Shown: positions 26,080-39,974, counted from the stretch's first letter. The stretch is 64,000 nt of DNA from Octopus sinensis (GCF_006345805.1 NC_043008.1:60822001-60886000), one strand, 5' to 3'. Program-made: numbers and translations. The notes: a model not told the origin generated them from the letters alone.

Positions 26080-26744
26080 AAGAGGAGCGGAGAAATGTGA
26101 AACCTCTGCCTAAAAATATTATTCTGTAGCAATCAGAATATAGGCGTAGGAGTGGCTGTGTGGTAAGTAGCTTGCTTACGAACCACATTGTTCCGGGTTC
26201 AGTCCCACTGCGGGGCACCTTGGGTAAGTGTCTTCAACTATAGCCTCGGGCCGACCAAAGCCTTGTGAGTGGATTTGGTAGACGGAAAATGAAAGAAGCC
26301 CGTCATATATATGTATATATATATATGTATGTGTGTGTATATGTTTGTGTGTCTGTATATGTTTTTGTGTCTGTATTTGTCCCATCCAACATCGCTTGAC
26401 AACCGATGCTGGCGTGTTTATGTCCCCGTCACCTTAGCGGTTCGGCAAAAGAGACTGATAGAATAAATACCGGGCTTACAAAGAATAAGTCCCGGGGTCG
26501 AGTTGCTCGATTAAAGGCGGTGCTCCAGCATGGCCGCAGTCAAATCACTGAAACAAGTAAAAGAGTAAAAGAGTAAGAGTAATCAATTTTCCTGTAATAT
26601 TAAACCATATCACTCATGTACAATGCATTAACATTATTAAATGTTATCTTTGGTTTGCTGTGCTTTTACAGTTTTTACTTTTGTTTTAATCAAGTTTCCC
26701 TGTTATTGATATCAATTTCATAGTGAGCAAAAACTAATTACAGC
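26080..26744 (+). mobile_element. 3' end of an RNase H-bearing LINE (copy of 33030-33250), split by a family B SINE
   Basis: 26080-26137 and 26581-26744 are the reverse complement of 33030-33250. Confidence 0.7.
26142..26579 (+). mobile_element. Family B SINE, full length; an extra head fragment lies at 26012-26078
   Basis: Canonical head, internal microsatellite and tail. Confidence 0.9.
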
Positions 26745-26798
26745 CTACCAAAGTTTTCTGAGCGGATTTCGAAGATGGAAACTGAAAGAAGCCCGACG

Positions 26799-26856
<58 letters not shown>

Positions 26857-26944
26857 ACCTCCACCGTTTGATAACCAGCGTAGGTATTTATAGGTCCTCG
26901 TATATTAGCTGTTCTGTAAAAGAGACCGAGGGAATAATTAAATA

Positions 26945-27205
26945 AATTAAATAAATGCACCCTTTTAAAGCCCAACCAGGCTCATGGGCCCCGTTTCCCG
27001 GTCTCTATATGGCTTAGGTGTTCCCCAGCTGGACGGGACACCAGTCCATCGCGGCGTTACTTATTTTTGCCAGCTGAGTGGACTGGAGCAACGGGAAATG
27101 AAGTGTTTTGCTCAAGAACACAACGCGTCGGCCAGTCCAGGAATCGAAACCACAATTTTATGATCATGATGCTGACATCTTAACCAATAAGCCATGTGCC
27201 TCCAC
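26945..27205 (-). mobile_element. Family C SINE nested in a decayed family B copy (26745-27310)
   Basis: Reverse complement of 46465, with family B body before and family B tail after. Confidence 0.85.
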
Positions 27206-28817
27206 CAGATAATAATTATCAGGCTTTAAAAAAAGGACTCGTTCGGATTAAAAGCCTTCACGGCAATGCCCCAACATAGTCAACTGAGTGAAACAATTAA
27301 AAAATGAAAACAAAAGCTAAAATATAGCAAGAATGGCCTTCTTTGACCGGGACTGAAACGAGTCATGACTACTTGATCTGTTATAAACAGGAAAGTATAA
27401 ATTGACCAATTTAGTATCTGACACTTCTAAAAGCACATCTTTCGACCACAGGAAAACGGAATCAGTGTTGTTCCTCGTGATCAACAACAGCAAAATATGA
27501 ATAATATAAAAAGAAAAAAAAACGATTCAACAGAATTCTTATTCCATTTAAAATCCAGTTAAATTTCCTGTTGTAATCTCTGTAAAACGGCGCGGTGTTG
27601 TAGAAAACATATTTGGCTGCTACTTTTAGCATGTGAAATGATCATATATATGTTAAACTCATGTCAATTCTAGTGAAATATATTTCAAAAGCCAGCCCCC
27701 AATCCGTTCGCTATATTACTTCATTCAGTCTCTGATCCCAACAACAGAAGTGATTCTATCTAGTTTCTCTCGCATATTAACACATATTAACATTTAGAAA
27801 CGAATATCTGTATGCATTTTTGCATATACGCTTATATGTATATTTGTCCGTATGATATATTTTATTATTGTTCGTATGTATATATTTATGTATTCCAAGT
27901 TCTGGACCACAGGTTTTCACATAGCTAAGCGAAATTTTTACTAGCTGGAAGAATACTTTTGAAACTCATTGCTGTAAATTCATCGCAGTTAATTCCGTTC
28001 CCATTTATATATCTCTTGTATCTCCATCGTAACAAAATGATATCACGAGCCAATAGGCTATCAGTAAATTCATCATTCAATTAAATACATAGTTGATCAG
28101 TTTCTTGTGTTGACTGTTGTTCGCAGAATAAACACATAGCTAAATATTATAAGCAGCTTTTATTCCCCAAATAAGTAAATCACATTTGCTTAGCAATAAG
28201 AATAATAATATTTGCCTCAACATAATTAATCGTAATAAATGTCAGTAGGAATATACAATGAATTCTTTTTATAACAAAAACATGGGCTTTTTTTCTGATT
28301 TTTCACTATTCGTTTCTAAAAAACAAACATAAAGGAAGAAAACTGAAGGACATCTAGTTAATGTAAACTTACTAGAGAAGGAAATACTTTTTGTAATGAA
28401 GAATGTGTATTTTCTATGCACGAAAGGCGACTGTGCAAATAAAGTATCTCTAATGTGAATAATACATTTTTCAATTATTAATGAGTGTCAGAGGTAGACG
28501 TCAAAAGTGAGTTGCATTGCAACCACCTCAGATGCTCTCCCACCCCTTCTCCTTTTCATTTCCTCTCTCATGGAAACCTCTACATTGGAAGTTGTCTAAT
28601 TGTATTTACATGCAATGAATGGAAAAACGACACAAATTTGTCTCGAAAAGACCTTATCGGGGAATGATTGATCTGCTATCCAAGCAGTCAGTCTCCTAAA
28701 ATTTAAATGTTTTACGAATGATATAAAGCTGTATCATAGGAAAGTAGCCGTGGCTCAGAATTGGGGTTTCAAAAATATTACATGTTTTGGATTAAACCTC
28801 CTCTACATATATATTCT

Positions 28818-29121
28818 GCGGAGGTACGTGGCCTAGTGGTTAGAGCAGCGGAATCGCGGTCGAGGGATCGAGGGTTCGAATCTCAGACCGGACGATGTGT
28901 GTGTTTATGAACGAAACACCTAAGCTACACGCGGCTCCGGCAGAAGGTAATGGCGAACTTCTGCAGACTCTTTCGCCACGACTTTCTCTCACTCTTTTCT
29001 CCTGCATCTTGCAGCTCACCTGCGACAGACCTATGTCCCGTCCAGGTGGGGATACCTATACGCCAAGGAATCCGGGAAACAGGCCCTTATGAGCCAGGGA
29101 TTACTCGAGAAGGAACAAACA
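28818..29121 (+). mobile_element. Family D SINE with 13-bp TSD
   Basis: TGGCCTAGTGGTTAGAGCAGCG...GGTTCGAATCTC. TSD ACATATATATTCT at 28805-28817 and 29122-29134. Confidence 0.9.
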
Positions 29122-29169
29122 ACATATATATTCTACCCCTTCTCTCTCTCTGAAGCTACCAGGTTTGCT

Positions 29170-29552
29170 ATTCTTTTGCTTGTTTCTGTTATTCGCCTGT
29201 GGTGATGCTACAGCACCGCCTTGGAGGGTCTTAGTCGAATAAATCTACCCCAGAACATATTTTTAAAGCTTAGTACTTATTCTATAATTCACTTTTGCCA
29301 AACCGCTAAGTTATGGGGGCGTAAACACATCAGAACCGGTTGTTTAGCGATCATGGGGAGACAAACACACGCACACACACATATGTATATACGGTGAGCT
29401 TCTTTCAATTTCCGTCTTCCAAAACCATTTACATGGCTTTGGTCGACCCGCAATTATAGTAGAAGACAATTGCCGAAGGTTCCACGCTGCGGGACTGAAC
29501 CGGAGACATATGGTTCGGAAGTAAGACTCTTACCACAGAGCCAAGCCTGTAC
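29170..29552 (-). mobile_element. Family B SINE, reverse, older
   Basis: Reverse complement of the B tail, body and head (GGGACTGAACCGGAG...TTACCACAGAGCCAAGCCTG). Confidence 0.85.
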
Positions 29553-29849
29553 CTGTTGTGTATATAAATAAATTGGCCGCTTATTTATCTGGGATTGATG
29601 ATGTGCAGCTTACGCCTCTGACGTGAATCCAGCAAGGTTTGACCGACAGGATGAAAGATTCTTCACCAAGATGCCGCTCAGCATCTTTTCAGGTGTGCCA
29701 CTTCATCACCTTATGTGATTGTATTCGTGTTAGATACTATTCAACCAATGTCGAGTTATTTACTAATGGTTAGTATATTTAATTGACTGTTTAAAATATG
29801 ATAAATTGTTAAACTAAAAATGTCAGAATTTAGCATATACTTCTTTCAT

Positions 29850-30063
29850 TCTTCCATTACATATTTCAGTCATTTGACCACGGCCATGCCGGAGCACCAC
29901 CTTAAAAGGTTTTTAGTTGAAAAAAATCAACCCTAGTACTTATTTTTGTAAGCCAAGTACTTATTTTATCAGTCTTTTATGCTGAACCGCTAAGGACATA
30001 AACACGACACCATCGGTTACCAAGCGATAATGAGGGAGTACAATCACAAAAACAAAGATACAC

Positions 30064-30107
<44 letters not shown>

Positions 30108-30272
30108 GTATACACACATACATATATACGTGTGAGTATATATATATATATATATATATATACTATGGGCTTATTTCAGTTTCCGTCTACTAAATCCACT
30201 CACAAGGAGCTGAACACAAGACCATGCGGCCGGAGAGCAAGCTTTCTACCACAGAGCCACGCCAGCGCCTAT
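29850..30272 (-). mobile_element. Family B SINE, reverse, internally deleted
   Basis: TTTCAGTCATTTGACCACGGCCATGC...TTTCCGTCTACTAAATCCACTCACAAGG...CCACAGAGCCACG. Confidence 0.8.
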
Positions 30273-30499
30273 ATGCCCAGATATTTGGGGAACAAGCAAT
30301 TAAATATAGAGTATGCTACTGGTATTTACTTTATAGATCACAGAAGTATAATATGTCAGTCTCAGAGGAATTTGACGTCAGAACGTAAAGTATGTACTTA
30401 AATACGACCAGGTGAGTTGACTGTTTTATCAGATATAAGCAAGAAACCGCTGAGAGTGATATAATTCACAGTATCGTACAGTTTTATCGTTAAACATGC

Positions 30500-31290
30500 T
30501 ATATATCCAATTTTGTATAAAACTGTTATTTAGATACAGAAAGCATTAAAACATCTGAGTGAACACGTCTACTAAGAAAACTATCGAACTTTGATATCCA
30601 TGGACAATTCCTACGATGGATAATATAGCTTTTGACCTACAAATGATTACTACGAGACTTTATAATGAAGAATGTACAATCATGGGCAATAAAGAGGAAA
30701 TGCGTTCCCTAGAGGCCTCTGCAAGTTCTTATCCTTTCTATAATTTATATCGAGGATCTTTTCAAAGTTCAGTATAATAAAATTATAATCTTATCTGCTG
30801 ATTAAAATCTGCAAATAAAAAAAAGGAACTTTTTCCTGTATGAGACAATGAACAGCATGAATATTTTAGACAGCATTTCTTGGTTAAACCGTTTGGAAGT
30901 ACTTCTTAACAAAGCATCTCAATTTTCACGGTAGGGAAAATATATTACAAAACGTATACCCCTGATAATATTTAAATAACAATAAAAAGAATGACGGAAA
31001 TTCCGTACAACTTAGCATTGGATGATTTAGAATGATTTAAAACTTTCCCATAACAGATTTTATCACAATCAGGCCAGCTTCTATCGACAATAAAAGAAAA
31101 TATATAACACATTTCACATCCTTAGCTGCATTGAAATTTCAACATGATAGATTTCTTCGAAAGGTTATTCCTGGCTGTGACCCTCCAGCGTAAAACTCTC
31201 CAGTAGGTGAACAAAAGATAATAAACTAGAAATATCGCATCCACTAAACAGATGATGCTATTGACTGCCATACCACAAGTTGAAAAATAT
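30500..31290 (+). mobile_element. Highly decayed CR1-group LINE RT
   Basis: LLRKLSNFDIHGQFLRWII...IIYIEDL...LSAD resembles RT motifs KL..GI.G..L.WI, IYINDL and FADD. Confidence 0.6.
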
Positions 31291-31430
31291 ACAAGAAAAT
31301 ATGTATGCACTTATATATATATGTGTGTGTGTGTGTGTATGTGTATGTATGTGTGTATGTATGCATATATATATCTATGCATATATATACATATATATAT
31401 ATACATATATATATATATACATATATATAC

Positions 31431-31487
<57 letters not shown>

Positions 31488-33029
31488 CACACACACGCAC
31501 ACACACACACACATATATATATATATACTTATTACATATATAGATAAATATATACATATATATGTGTGTGTGTATACGAGTGAGGGGACACACGAAAGAA
31601 GAGAACTCGATCAATTTATTGGGAGTTACATGTATAAATCAAAATAGTTGGTCCTCTTGAGTTTCAAGTGTGATGCTACTCGTCAGTCCTTTTGAATTTG
31701 AATGATAGAAGTTGATTGTTATTACCGTAAGATGGGCTACGATTGGTTGAGGAAGGTCACACGGTGTCGCAGTTTTATGTTGGTATATGGATAGCGCTAA
31801 CCTTGGTGCAGGCGGTGCAAAGGGGCAGCTGGTGCTATGTTGGTATATCCAGGTTATCAGCGGTCAGAGACTTGATTTGCCAGAAGGGCATATCTCTGGT
31901 GACAGCAATACGATAAATCATATTTCTTGTTGATGGATAATGCGGTTTGTTGGAGGATATGCAGTCTTTCGCGGAGCAGAGCTGGCAGTTGGGGGTTTGT
32001 GCCTTCTAGAATGATCTTGTCTCTCAAAGGTCGTAGGATACAATGCTACCCTTACACCATACGATGGCATTACTAGGCACTATACAGGTATGACAGCTAA
32101 TTACTTCAAGGGAAGATACACCCAGGCATATGCACTCGTTCAGATCCAGGGGTAGAGAGAACTCTACTTCTCCGTCTTTTTTCTTCTGGAGACTCCGTGA
32201 TCTCCGAGATGAAATAATCACCATCGCTTCTGAAATCTCAAGATTCTGTTAATTCAGTTAATCGAGAAATTAAATTTTCCTAATCTACATCAACGGTAAT
32301 CCAGTACCTCTGCTTAATTCACTTTTCTAATGATTTAGTCTCTTATTTTGACCTAGTGATTATTTCAGATTTGGAGTTTAACGTTCTGTATTTATCATCT
32401 GTTCTACTTAAATATCGAAAGATTAAACCGTGCTACAGCAGACAGTTTGCCTTTTATCCCCTGTTGAATCAGTAAAAAATATCTCTCTGTAATATCCTAG
32501 GATATTGGTGTCAATAAAACTGACTAACGTCCATATCCCTTCATTTGCAATTCTCTGTCTTCATAAATAATCAACAAGGAAATTCAATATGGCGTATAAA
32601 TAGAAAAAGGCGGATGAGAAGTTGATTAAAGAAGCCCATATGAGCAAATGGAATTGTTTGTTGTTGTTGCTGTTTAGACCTAATTCAGCACTAATCGAAT
32701 CGTTCTTGGATAAAAAGCATTGCATCAATGACAAACAGTAATTTTTTAAAATCAAATATAGGATTATATTACGCCTTAGATTCCCGATTTTTGTTTACGA
32801 TTTGAGGGTGTGATGTGCAGGAAATTTGGCTTCTGATGCTATAAGGTCGTGGGATGACGCTGTGATTCTTCCTGTTGGTCCCATAACATGATTTGTAGAT
32901 ATTATGCGTGATACTGTGATACTACTAGAGTAATCTTCATACAGAGCCAGTTTAATAATTATAACTTTGATAAGAGTGAGTGAGATGAAATGAAAAGCTG
33001 CGAATGTGTTCCAATAATGTTAAAGAACA

Positions 33030-33700
33030 TGCTGTAATTAGTTTTTGCTCACTATGAAATTAATATGAATAACAGGAACACTAGAGCAAAACAACAAAAA
33101 AAAATATATATAAAAGCACAGCAAATCAAAGATAACATTTAATAATGTTATTGCATTGTACATGAGTGATATGGTTTAATATTACAGAAGAATTGATTGC
33201 TACAGAATAATATTTTTAGGCAGAGGTTTCACATTTCTCCGCTCCTCGTTCTTTGTATATGTTAGGAAGAAACTTATTAGCAACCAACACGGTATCAATA
33301 TAATGATTTCTCGCGCAGACATATTGATCTAGGATTGATAAAATTTTCGAGATACATTATTTATGATTTATTCAGTGAAGGAATGGCAATACCTATAGCA
33401 CTTTTTCGGGGATCTGTGTATATGGTGAGTGAAAAGGGAAGAAATAACCTGAATAGGGGAGATATTCGAACTGCTTGGAACAGACTGAATTCTGTAAAAG
33501 GAAGTCGAGAGCCAAGTGGTGGTGTTATATCTAATAACAGATTTAGTCTGTCGATCCTGAACATGATCGGCCCCATCAACCAAAATTGACTCACGATTTT
33601 TTTCTACTAGGGATTGAGGCACCATAAACTTTTCTAAAATACGGTGCAGAAGGATATATCTAAAAATACACGGGCAAGAAAAAAGAACCAAGCTTCTATC
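33030..33700 (-). mobile_element. I-group-like LINE 3' fragment with RNase H relic
   Basis: Minus frame LTIYTDPRKSAIGIAIP is IYTDGSK-like. Downstream KNEE(R) is GNExAD-like. Confidence 0.6.
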
Positions 33701-33985
33701 TCACTGCGTGGATTTTTAAAAATAATTCATTCTTTAAAATCTGAAATCAATCCATAAATTCTGAGTGACATTTTTTGATGGAAATTATACAGAAGATGGA
33801 GAATTTCAAGTATTCTAGTAAATGAGAAATGCTGATTTAGCCAAGAGAAGGATAACCATGTCTGCCGAATGCTCACGAATAGGTAAATACGTTGTTCAGG
33901 AACTGGTAAATTAGTTGATCAAAACAGCTGAATCGCCATCGTTCAGCGACGGAGAACAACCACCACATACATAAGCATGTGCGCG

Positions 33986-34058
<73 letters not shown>

Positions 34059-34099
34059 GTATGTATATATATGTATACCTATCTATCTATACATAGTTA

Positions 34100-34131
<32 letters not shown>

Positions 34132-35551
34132 GCATATATGGATAAACTGATAAATAGTACAATATTGGTGTATATGAAAAGTCAAATTACGTTAAATGCA
34201 GAAGACCTCAAGACATGTAATAAATTTAAGAATAAACTTACACAGATGTCACAGTTTCTTACGAAAAAGCTGTAAAGTAAAAGAGGCGAGATTTCTTCTA
34301 TACCGGTGTGTTAAAAGGGGAGGCGTTAAATAAGTTGTAAGTAAAATCTAATATGGAGAGTAGATGTTGAAAGAAGCTAAATATATGATGGAGAGCAGAT
34401 AAATACTATTTTTTCAGATCTGCTACTACCTACCGAGCTTTCGCAAAAGAAAAGAGAGACAGACAGACGGAATAAACGAAAATGGCCTACCTATTTGAAG
34501 ACTATGGAAATATTTACAAAACATTTCATTTTATTTTTACTTCAGTTTAATTATTTCTTCTTCATTAATATCCACCTTTGTTTTACTCTTAGTTGAAAAA
34601 GTCGAAAAGAATGAAATCGGTACTAACCGTTACAAAATGTACATCATGATAAAGATTTCTACCTTGTCTTATTTTCCTGATATCTATCTATCTGTCTATA
34701 TTTATATATGCATAGATTTTGAAGAGTATATTTTCAGCAGGAAACATCTCAGTGTTTAAAGGAAGCCTCCTTCTGGGACGCACGAAATTCAAATTTGCTT
34801 GCTTTTATTCGACAGCGAGTATATCATAAATTTCTTTTTTCTTTTGCACTGTATTACTTTTTATCCTAAGTGAGGGGTGCACATGTTGATAATTTTTCAG
34901 ATGTTCAAATAAATTGTTGACATGATCATATTATAAACCATTGATTCAAACCAAATTTAGGTGTTGCAATTAACTGACTGCGTGTGAGTGCGCGGGATCA
35001 CAGTGAGAAATATGGAGGTTGTCTGAAAATAAGCATGTGTAGATGATGAATGACTTACTTGTGACCTATGATTGAATATATCAGCTTGTATAATGAGCTA
35101 ACTAGTAGGCAACATAGAGATCTGAAGAATGTACTCCCATTTATTTGGCTGAAGAAACACGGATTGGAGTATGAATTGTAGCAAATCAATTAATTGCATT
35201 TGTATACTATAAATCTCTAGCTGCCAGAGAGAAAGGAAGTATTCATTTGAACACGGTTTCGATAAATGACCTGTCAAATTTTGTAGTTAGGTCCCTCTTT
35301 CAAGTTCCGATTATATTTAGAGGGCGTTGTTGAGACTCTTGTTCAAAAACCTTGCACGGATTGTACGGGGTTTTAATGGTTCTGTCGCTACCGTCAGCAT
35401 AATTTCTTGAAATATTAGCATTCCAAATAGAGGTTTACGCGCAGTACACTACACTTTCCTGACAATATTCGCAGACTAAGCGGACACGCGTTATTGGCGA
35501 GTCGCATGCTTGGTGGAAATGAATGCTGTATGGCTTATATGTTTAATTTGT

Positions 35552-36120
35552 AGGACGGTGAGCTAGCAGAATCGTTAGCACACCGGGCGAAATGCTTAGC
35601 GGTATTTCGTCTGTCGGTACGTTCTGAGTTCAAATTCTGCCGAGGTCGACTTTGCATTTCATCCTTTCGGAGTCCATAAATTATGTACCAGTGACGCACT
35701 GGGGTCGATGTAATCGACTTGATACCTATGTCTGTCCTTGTTTGTCCCTTCTTTGTTTAGCCCCTTGTGGGTCTATAAAGAAATAGAAATAGGTATTTCG
35801 TCTGTCCTCACGTTCTGAGTTCAAATTCCGCCGAGGTCGACTTTGCCTTTCATCCTTTCGGGGTCGATTAAATAAGTACCAGTTACGCACTGGGGTCGAT
35901 ATAATCGACTTAATCCATTTGTCTGTCCTCGTTTGTCCTCCTGTGTTTAGCCCCTTGTGGGTAGTAAAGAAATAGAAATAGGTATTTCGTCTGTCCTCAC
36001 GTTCTTTGCCTTTCATCCTTTCGTGGTCGATAAATTAAATACCAGTTGCATACTGGGGTCGATCTAATCGACTGGGCCCCTCCCTAAACATTTAGGGCCT
36101 TGTGCCTAGAGTAGAAAAAA
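35552..36120 (+). mobile_element. Family A SINE trimer
   Basis: One full unit, then two units that restart at GGTATTTCGTCTG after AAAGAAATAGAAATA. Confidence 0.9.
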
Positions 36121-36852
36121 ATATATTTAATTTGTTCCTTTTACATCTTGCTAGAATACTGGTGATGTCGTTAGAGTATCAATTTGATACTCTTTACATT
36201 GACTTTAAAATTACATATCGTTTTGATTTTATTTTCAGTAAGATATGTTATTTCAGGCTTATACATACATATGTATGCATCCGTAGATAATTATGTGAAT
36301 ATGTTTAGGTATTTTTCTTCTTCTATATATCAGCTAGTGGGAGTTGGGCGTTTTTGATCATATCACCATAACGGTAATTTTCGAGATGGTTCTGGAATGT
36401 TCGATCTTTTCGTTATTTACAGATTCAAAGTTTCCATCTCAATTAATTTGATTGGTTTCGCAGTCAATAAAAATATAAATACTTTATATATCTAATTCTA
36501 TGTCACTCATTCCTAAATCAACTTCGCACGCACATACGCACAAATGCCCACATACATCTCTTTGTGCTGTGCGTATGTATCTGTGATACATGCATATTCT
36601 TGTATGTTTGTTTTGTGTGTGTGAGTGTGTGTGTATTTCTATATATTTAGATGTATATAAACACTCACACACATATATAAATGTATATAGGATGGTTATA
36701 TAATGGGAATTAGTCAGCATCGTTGACCCCGGTACTAGAGTAGAACTTTATTTTATCAACTCCAGAGGGGATGAAAGTCAAAGCTGATCTCTGTCAGTGT
36801 GTTTATGCCCCCGCAACTTAACGGTCCGACCCTAACAATCGATGGAATAAGT

Positions 36853-37160
36853 ACTAGGTTTAAAAAAAACAGTACTTGGCTCGACTCATTCGACTAAATT
36901 TTTCAAGTTGGGGCCCCAGCATGGCCACACGCAAATGACTGAAACAAGTAAATGATAAAAGATACTCTACGACAGTGATTCTAATTGATAAATTATCTAA
37001 GGGCACTAGGTTTAAAAAAACAGTACTGGGGTAGACTCATTCGACTAAAATTTTCAAGTTGGGGTCCCAACATGGCCACACGCAAATGACTGAAACAAGT
37101 AAAAGATAAAAGATACTCTACGACACGACAGTGATTCTAACTGATAAATTATCTAAGGGC
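36853..37160 (+). repeat. Direct tandem duplication (36853-37004, 37005-37160) of a SINE B tail plus flank
   Basis: ACTAGGTTTAAAAAAA...GATAAATTATCTAAGGGC occurs twice. Confidence 0.9.
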
Positions 37161-38180
37161 ATATATTCAACGAGCTTGGTTGTTCAGATCTCTGAACAGT
37201 TAAATAGTCTTCGTTGAATGCAACGGAAATGCATGCTGCATATGCATTCAGCATATGAGCAGGCTTCTAAGAAAAACAAATATCTAGCTAGCGATAGCAC
37301 TATATTTAACGCATCGCATTACTGTAGCGCAACAAACTGCATGTTGTTGCAGCGATATTGTAAGATGTAGTTCGGGGTTGCATCTAAATATTAGTATAGA
37401 AATATCGATTATACAATTGATGCAGCTGCACTGGTGCTGACATCAGCAAAATACTAAGCATGCCATCTACTTCAACAATAACAGCTACAAGAACAACAAC
37501 AATTATAACAACAACAACAAAAGCAAAAGCAAAAGCAAAAGCAACAATAAAAACAAACCATGGCACCAGCGATGATGATGATGATGATGCTGAGGAAATC
37601 TTTACGAGTTTGCTCTGATTTGCTAAAAATGAGAGTTAAGTATTTGTGATATCCCGACCATCTAGCTTGAAGAATAATGAAGGACATCTATATGTCAACA
37701 TTACATAAATAAAAATGCAACATCATGGGTAGTTTGTATCTTTTTTATATTATCGATCTGTTTATTGGAACAAGATGAATATCGAGAGTTGAAACAGCAA
37801 AAAAATTGAATCTTAACCAATGGAAGCAGGGCTAACCATTGCTCTGGCTCCTTTTCTTTCATAGAATATTAACCAATGGAAACAAAAACAGCAGGGATTT
37901 GAAGCAACATTGCAGCAGCAACGACAGAAGCAACAGCATCAATAGTAATGAAGGAAACACCATCCAACACCATTACCAGCTACACCAACATCAACATTTT
38001 GTCGGTGTGTTTATGTCTCAGTAACTTAGCGGTTCGACCATGAAAATCGATAGAATAAGCACCAGGTTTAAAAAAAAAACAGTACTGGGCTCGACTCATT
38101 CGACTAAAATTTATTTTCAAGATGTTGCCCCAGCATGGCCACACAGTACATAACTACCTCACAAGGAACAACAGCAAGAC

Positions 38181-38760
38181 TGGAGGGGCAATGGCCCAGT
38201 GGTTAGGGCAGCGGTTGTAAGAACGTGGTTTCGATTCCCAGACCTGACATTCTGAGTATTTATTGAGCAAAAACACCTAAGCTTCACGAGGCTCCGGCGG
38301 GGTGGGTTGGTGAGCCCCGCTGTAATCTTTTACCACAACTTTCTCTCACTCTTTCTTCTACTTCTGTCACAAAGCAAAGGAAGCATGGTTTAACCCACTA
38401 TGGTGTGGTAAACTTTCAGACCTTAGTCTAAATTGCGAATCCTCTGTACCCCAGGATGGTTCAGCTCTTCACCCGTTAAAAGCCACCGTTTACGGAATGA
38501 GGATAACAGCGTAGCTTTCGCGCCCGTGCAACCGCCAGTCTATCGCGTGTGGTGGGTGGATCTTCATGTTGCCGCACGCATTCTTAGTAGCTTAGAGTAG
38601 GCTCGAATTAGAGATTATTCTTTTGCAGCTAATGACGTGAGTCCTGATTGGAAGAAGAAGAAGAAGAAGAAGAAGAAGAAGAAGAAGAAGAAGAAGAAGA
38701 AGAAGAAGAAGAAGAAGAAGAAGAAGAAGAAGAAGAAGAAGAAGAAGAAGAAGAAGAAGA
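38181..38760 (+). mobile_element. Second D-head/long-tail/(GAA)n SINE
   Basis: Colinear with 24458-25135, with a pure (GAA)n at 38651-38760. Confidence 0.85.
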
Positions 38761-39105
38761 CAGCAGCAACAACAACAACATTTTGCCATTATCAGTTCCA
38801 CTGCATGACACCACCATAACTCCCTCACAAGGAAGAGCAGCGAGAAAAACAACAGGAACAGGAGTAAAAACAACAGCAAAAACATTAGCAACCGAAAAAA
38901 AGGAATGAGAAGACAACAGCAGTAGCGAAATAATAGCAAGAGCAAGGGAATGAACAGCAGTTAAAAAGATAAATCCACTGATTTGTATAGAAACGAAAAC
39001 AAGATCGCAAAACATGCAATAAAAGCAGTTATGAGCCTGGTTCTATTTATTTTACTTTCGTTTGCTTATTTTCTTCAAACCTCCCTATGTCAACGGAGCC
39101 ATTAC

Positions 39106-39172
39106 CGATTAAATTAAACTGCTGATATGTTGTGTTTTTTTCTTGTTTGAGATCCTCGCTAAGGTCTTCGAC
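39106..39172 (-). CDS. Candidate internal exon (VEDLSEDLKQEKNTTYQQFNLI)
   Basis: Acceptor TCCTTTCCGTTCATTCTTCTCAG|, donor G|GTAATG, open frame, phase-compatible with 55930-55969. Confidence 0.3.
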
Positions 39173-39439
39173 CTGAGAAGAATGAACGGAAAGGATATAA
39201 TCGCGGCAGAAATATGATTGAACAGTCACTGGGGAAAAAATCGCTTTGAATATCAGGAGATGGTGTAATTGGTGAAACATTTAGGGCAGTGAAGCTGGTA
39301 GGATCGTTAGACCGGCAGAAGAAATGCTTTGTGGTAATTGCTACAGTAATATACTAATACACAGAAACCCGCGCATGCACACACACACTCACACACACAC
39401 ACACAACACACACATACGTCTGCAATATATATATATATA

Positions 39440-39581
39440 TATCACGTGATCACGTGACCGACCAGACCATCAGATGTTGTTACACATCGCTGGTCACAAT
39501 GCATTCGCATTGTTTTAGCCTTCGAATGACGCCACCCCGCTGGCTAAGCGAGCAGGCCAACAGAAGAAAGAGTGGGAGAAA
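39440..39581 (-). mobile_element. 3' part of a D-related SINE with a third tail type
   Basis: Minus strand starts TTTCTCCCACTCTTTCTTC (the D junction tract), then TGTTGGCCTGCTCGCTTAGCCAGCGGGG...GTCACGTGATCACGTG. Confidence 0.6.
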
Positions 39582-39833
39582 CTCTTACATATATATATAT
39601 GTGCGCACATGTACACATACATACATAGAGTCAACAAATAAGATCGAGTGATTTTTGGTATACGAAGCACTTATACCGCTCAAGTGATTCGAACTTAGTC
39701 ATATCTTTACGAGGGACCAATTCCGCGGGGTAAAGAGTGGGTACAAGACGAAACATTGTGAGTAGACATGGAGGCAATTATGCCGATAACCAAATCAAGT
39801 ATGACTGCTTGGGTTTGACATACAATATATATA

Positions 39834-39873
<40 letters not shown>

Positions 39874-39974
39874 GTAAGAGGGATGGTATTATTAAAATAT
39901 CACGTGAAAAGCGAATTATCAGCCGTACAGAGAAATGAATAGATTAATAGAATATATACATTCAACATAATATA

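Noticed and set aside
31655-31690. Minus-strand CTGACGA..GAAA-CTCAAGAG
   Set aside because: There is no UH triplet and stems I and II are poor. It is at most a dead remnant and was not counted.
35552-37160. Repeated units resembling a CRISPR or satellite array
   Set aside because: The units are SINE multimers and a local duplication. There is no repeat-spacer periodicity and the context is eukaryotic.
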